From Candidatus Bipolaricaulota bacterium (GTDB taxonomy: Bacteria > Bipolaricaulota > Bipolaricaulia > M55B111): a stretch of DNA of 64,000 bases. The translations under genes and the position numbers were made by a program. The notes below the pieces were generated by a model. The model was not told where the DNA came from, ran no database searches, and was given only the letters and a program-made list of their open reading frames with translations. The stretch's first letter is position 1. Each line of letters begins with the position of its first letter. Positions 61,591-64,000 of the stretch are shown here, one piece after another. The DNA is taken from contig JAGYME010000004.1 in assembly GCA_018400715.1 (NCBI GenBank), positions 11,468 through 75,467 of the forward strand. Reading direction: 5' to 3'.

Positions 61591-62490
61591 TCAATACACC
61601 TCGTTGAAAGTCCTGTTATCGACCCCTGGGGCTATCCGCCTCGTAAGGTTTTTCAGTGTGGAGCCGGGGCCAACCTCAATCGTCGATTCTACTCCAAATT
61701 CTACCATGGTGTTTACGCAGGAAACCCAGTCTACTGAGTCTGTCATCTGTCTTTTAATGAGCGATTTCAACTTCGATCCGCTTCTCTCGGGAGCGCCGGA
61801 GACGCTCGAAATTATTGGAACCTCCGGGTCGATGAAGTGCAATCGGTCTATTATCCCGGTAAGCTTCCTCTGCGCCTCCTCCATCAGTGGAGAGTGAAAT
61901 GGACCGGATACGTCAAGATCAACTGTCTTTCCGCCCCTGTTGCCCGCTATCTCTTTGACGTGTTTCAGACCGACTTGATCTCCCGATACGACGACCTGTT
62001 TGGGGGAGTTGTAGTTCGCTACCGTAACCTCGCGGTCGGCCTCTTTCAAAATTTTTTCGACCTCTTCTCGTTCCAGGCCGAGAACGGCGAGCATAGAACC
62101 CTTTGAGTCGAGCGAACTGGATATCTCACCCCTCCTTCTGACTAAGCGGAGGCCGTCCTTAAAAGTGAGTGCTCCAGCTGCAGTTAGCCCGGTAAACTCA
62201 CCGAGGCTATGACCGACGATCAGGTCAGGTCGATAACCCTTTTTCTTCAAGAGTTCGTTTCGGGCAATTCCATCGACAAATACCGCTGGCTGGGCGTTAA
62301 CCGTCGAATTTAGTTCCTCCTCTGGGCCCCTCGTTATCAATTTGTAGAGGTCGATATCGAGAATTTCTTCCGCCCGGTCGAAAATTCCTCTGGCCTCCGG
62401 TTCTTCCAGGATATCATCGCTCATATCTACGCTCTGTACGCCCTGGCCGGGGAAGAGAAACCCCTGTCCAGTTGACAAGGTTATCACCAT
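61591..62490 (-). CDS. fabD: Malonyl-CoA:ACP transacylase
   Basis: FPGQG.Q, GHSLGE, VSGPFHS. Confidence 0.96.
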   Translation of the reverse strand: MVITLSTGQGFLFPGQGVQSVDMSDDILEEPEARGIFDRAEEILDIDLYKLITRGPEEELNSTVNAQPAVFVDGIARNELLKKKGYRPDLIVGHSLGEFTGLTAAGALTFKDGLRLVRRRGEISSSLDSKGSMLAVLGLEREEVEKILKEADREVTVANYNSPKQVVVSGDQVGLKHVKEIAGNRGGKTVDLDVSGPFHSPLMEEAQRKLTGIIDRLHFIDPEVPIISSVSGAPERSGSKLKSLIKRQMTDSVDWVSCVNTMVEFGVESTIEVGPGSTLKNLTRRIAPGVDNRTFNEVY

Positions 62491-63497
62491 TCGATGAGAG
62501 TTGCCCCGTAAGCCGCTCCAGCGCCAAAGGCTGTTAATAGTACCAAATCGCCCGATTGGACTGAGCCCTGGGAAACGACCTCCTCCAGGGCAACAGGAAT
62601 TGTTGCCGTAGACGTGTTAGCGTATTTGTCAAGGTTGACGACGACCTTATCCATCCTTACCCCTAAACTCTTTGCTAACTGCTTGATTATCCTGATGTTG
62701 GCCTGATGGGGGACTATCCAGTCAACGTCCTCGAGCGAACGTTTAGCCTCCTCCAGGACCTTCAAAGAGGAGGACTTCATCATGTTGACGGCGCTCTTGA
62801 AGACGCCTTTTCCTTCCATCTCTACGTAGTAGTTAGCGTCGACTTCCTTTCCGTTTGTGGCTGGGAACCTTGTTCCCCCACCTTCGAGTCGGATTAGCTC
62901 GGCCTTCGAGGAATCCCCAAACATGGATGAGGCCAGTATCCTCCCGGTGGAACCAGATCCGCTTACTACACCTGCGCCTGCGGCATCGCCAAACAATACA
63001 CACGTGCTCCGATCGTTCCAGTTGACCACCCTCGATAAGGCTTCGAGCCCGACTACGAGGACATTATCGTAGTTTCCCCCGAGCACGTAGTTGTAAGCTG
63101 CGTCTACCGAGTAAAGAAAACCGCTACACCCAGCTTTTAGGTCAAAAAAGGGGACGTCCGGTCTCAAGTCGAGCTGGTCCGCTACAAAAGGGGAAGAACC
63201 CGGTATAGGCATGTCCGAAACGTTCGTGGCGACTATAAGCAGGTCAACCTCCTCGTTGGTTATGGGTGCGTTTTCGAGAGCTTCCCTCGATGCGGCTACT
63301 GCAAGAGACGATGGTGACTCTCCCTCCGTTAATACCCTCCTTTCCTTTATGCCGGTTCTGCTCGTTATCCATTCATCTGAGGTCTCGACAATATTCTCTA
63401 GATCGAAGTTCGTTAGGACTTTCTCCGGCAGGCCTTTGCCTAGCCCGACTATTCCGGGTGTCGGAGTCAGTTGGTTCTTCTCATTCACCAAAATCAA
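62484..63497 (-). CDS. fabH: 3-oxoacyl-ACP synthase III
   Basis: WI..RTGI.ERR, AGCSGF, CVLFGDAAGA, PHQAN.RII, NTS.A.IP. Confidence 0.96.
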   Translation of the reverse strand: MILVNEKNQLTPTPGIVGLGKGLPEKVLTNFDLENIVETSDEWITSRTGIKERRVLTEGESPSSLAVAASREALENAPITNEEVDLLIVATNVSDMPIPGSSPFVADQLDLRPDVPFFDLKAGCSGFLYSVDAAYNYVLGGNYDNVLVVGLEALSRVVNWNDRSTCVLFGDAAGAGVVSGSGSTGRILASSMFGDSSKAELIRLEGGGTRFPATNGKEVDANYYVEMEGKGVFKSAVNMMKSSSLKVLEEAKRSLEDVDWIVPHQANIRIIKQLAKSLGVRMDKVVVNLDKYANTSTATIPVALEEVVSQGSVQSGDLVLLTAFGAGAAYGATLIEW

Positions 63498-64000
63498 CCC
63501 TTTCTATCTCCGCCTCAATCTCCCCGGGTAAGTCCCAGCGGGAAGCCTGAGATGCGTATAATATCGCGTTCTTTATTGCTCTCGCCTCGGATCTCCCGTG
63601 AGCGACGAAAACGACCCCTCTTACGCCTAACAAAGGGACCGCCCCGAACTGCGCGTAACTCAGCTCATGTTTCAGTCTCTCCAGCACAGGTCGGAGGATA
63701 AGACCACCGATTTTTGCCCTGAGGCTGGAGGAAATTGCCTTCTTAAAAAACCCTAACGTGCCCTCGGAGCCACCTTCAAATGCTTTTATAAGTATGTTGC
63801 CCGTGAACCCTTCGCAGATGACTACGTCAGCGGGAGGGCTCGTGAGTAACAGGTGCGGTTCTACGTTGCCAACGTACTTTAGATCGGTCTTATGCAGGAG
63901 GTCAACGGTCTTCTTTGTCAGACGGTTGCCCTTTGATTGCTCCTCACCAATGTTCAGCATTCCTACCTTTGGTTGCTCCTTTCCCAGTACCTTCTTGGCA
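63481..64000 (-). CDS. plsX: Phosphate acyltransferase, 5'-truncated by the window edge
   Basis: LNIGEE..KG, GNVE, ADV..CEGF.GN..K, GA.PLLG..HGRS; frame open to the window end. Confidence 0.93.
   Translation of the reverse strand, partial: AKKVLGKEQPKVGMLNIGEEQSKGNRLTKKTVDLLHKTDLKYVGNVEPHLLLTSPPADVVICEGFTGNILIKAFEGGSEGTLGFFKKAISSSLRAKIGGLILRPVLERLKHELSYAQFGAVPLLGVRGVVFVAHGRSEARAIKNAILYASQASRWDLPGEIEAEIERVDFGE

Overview
Chromosomal core region of a bacterium (fab/plsX/acpP, bacterial ribosomal proteins, infC, NAD-dependent ligA, uvrB, ruvB, lexA). The proteins look unusually acidic, several genes are archaeal-type (Pus10, ApgM, HLGN-type MetRS, DRG-like GTPase), and Na+-linked bioenergetics is likely. 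This would fit a halophilic anaerobe such as Bipolaricaulota/Acetothermia, but that taxonomy is my inference, not a database result. I see no prophage, IS, integrase or CRISPR. Most notable: (1) a 13-gene Mrp-Mbx-type membrane oxidoreductase whose NuoD-like subunit lacks the NiFe motifs and apparently both catalytic cysteines of the sulfane reductase MBS, with a NuoI-like subunit fused to a GltD/NfnB-like NAD(P)H module; (2) a lexA - small unknown gene - Y-family polymerase cassette with a perfect 20-bp palindrome in the lexA promoter, a candidate lineage-specific SOS box; (3) an archaeal-type Pus10 together with no truB at its usual DHH-truB-ribF position, suggesting gene displacement; (4) strand-polarised heptamer repeat arrays abutting promoters; (5) non-canonical starts (ATC for infC, ATT for phoH). 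Start codons were re-picked by eye where an RBS or homology supported it. No searches or folding were run.
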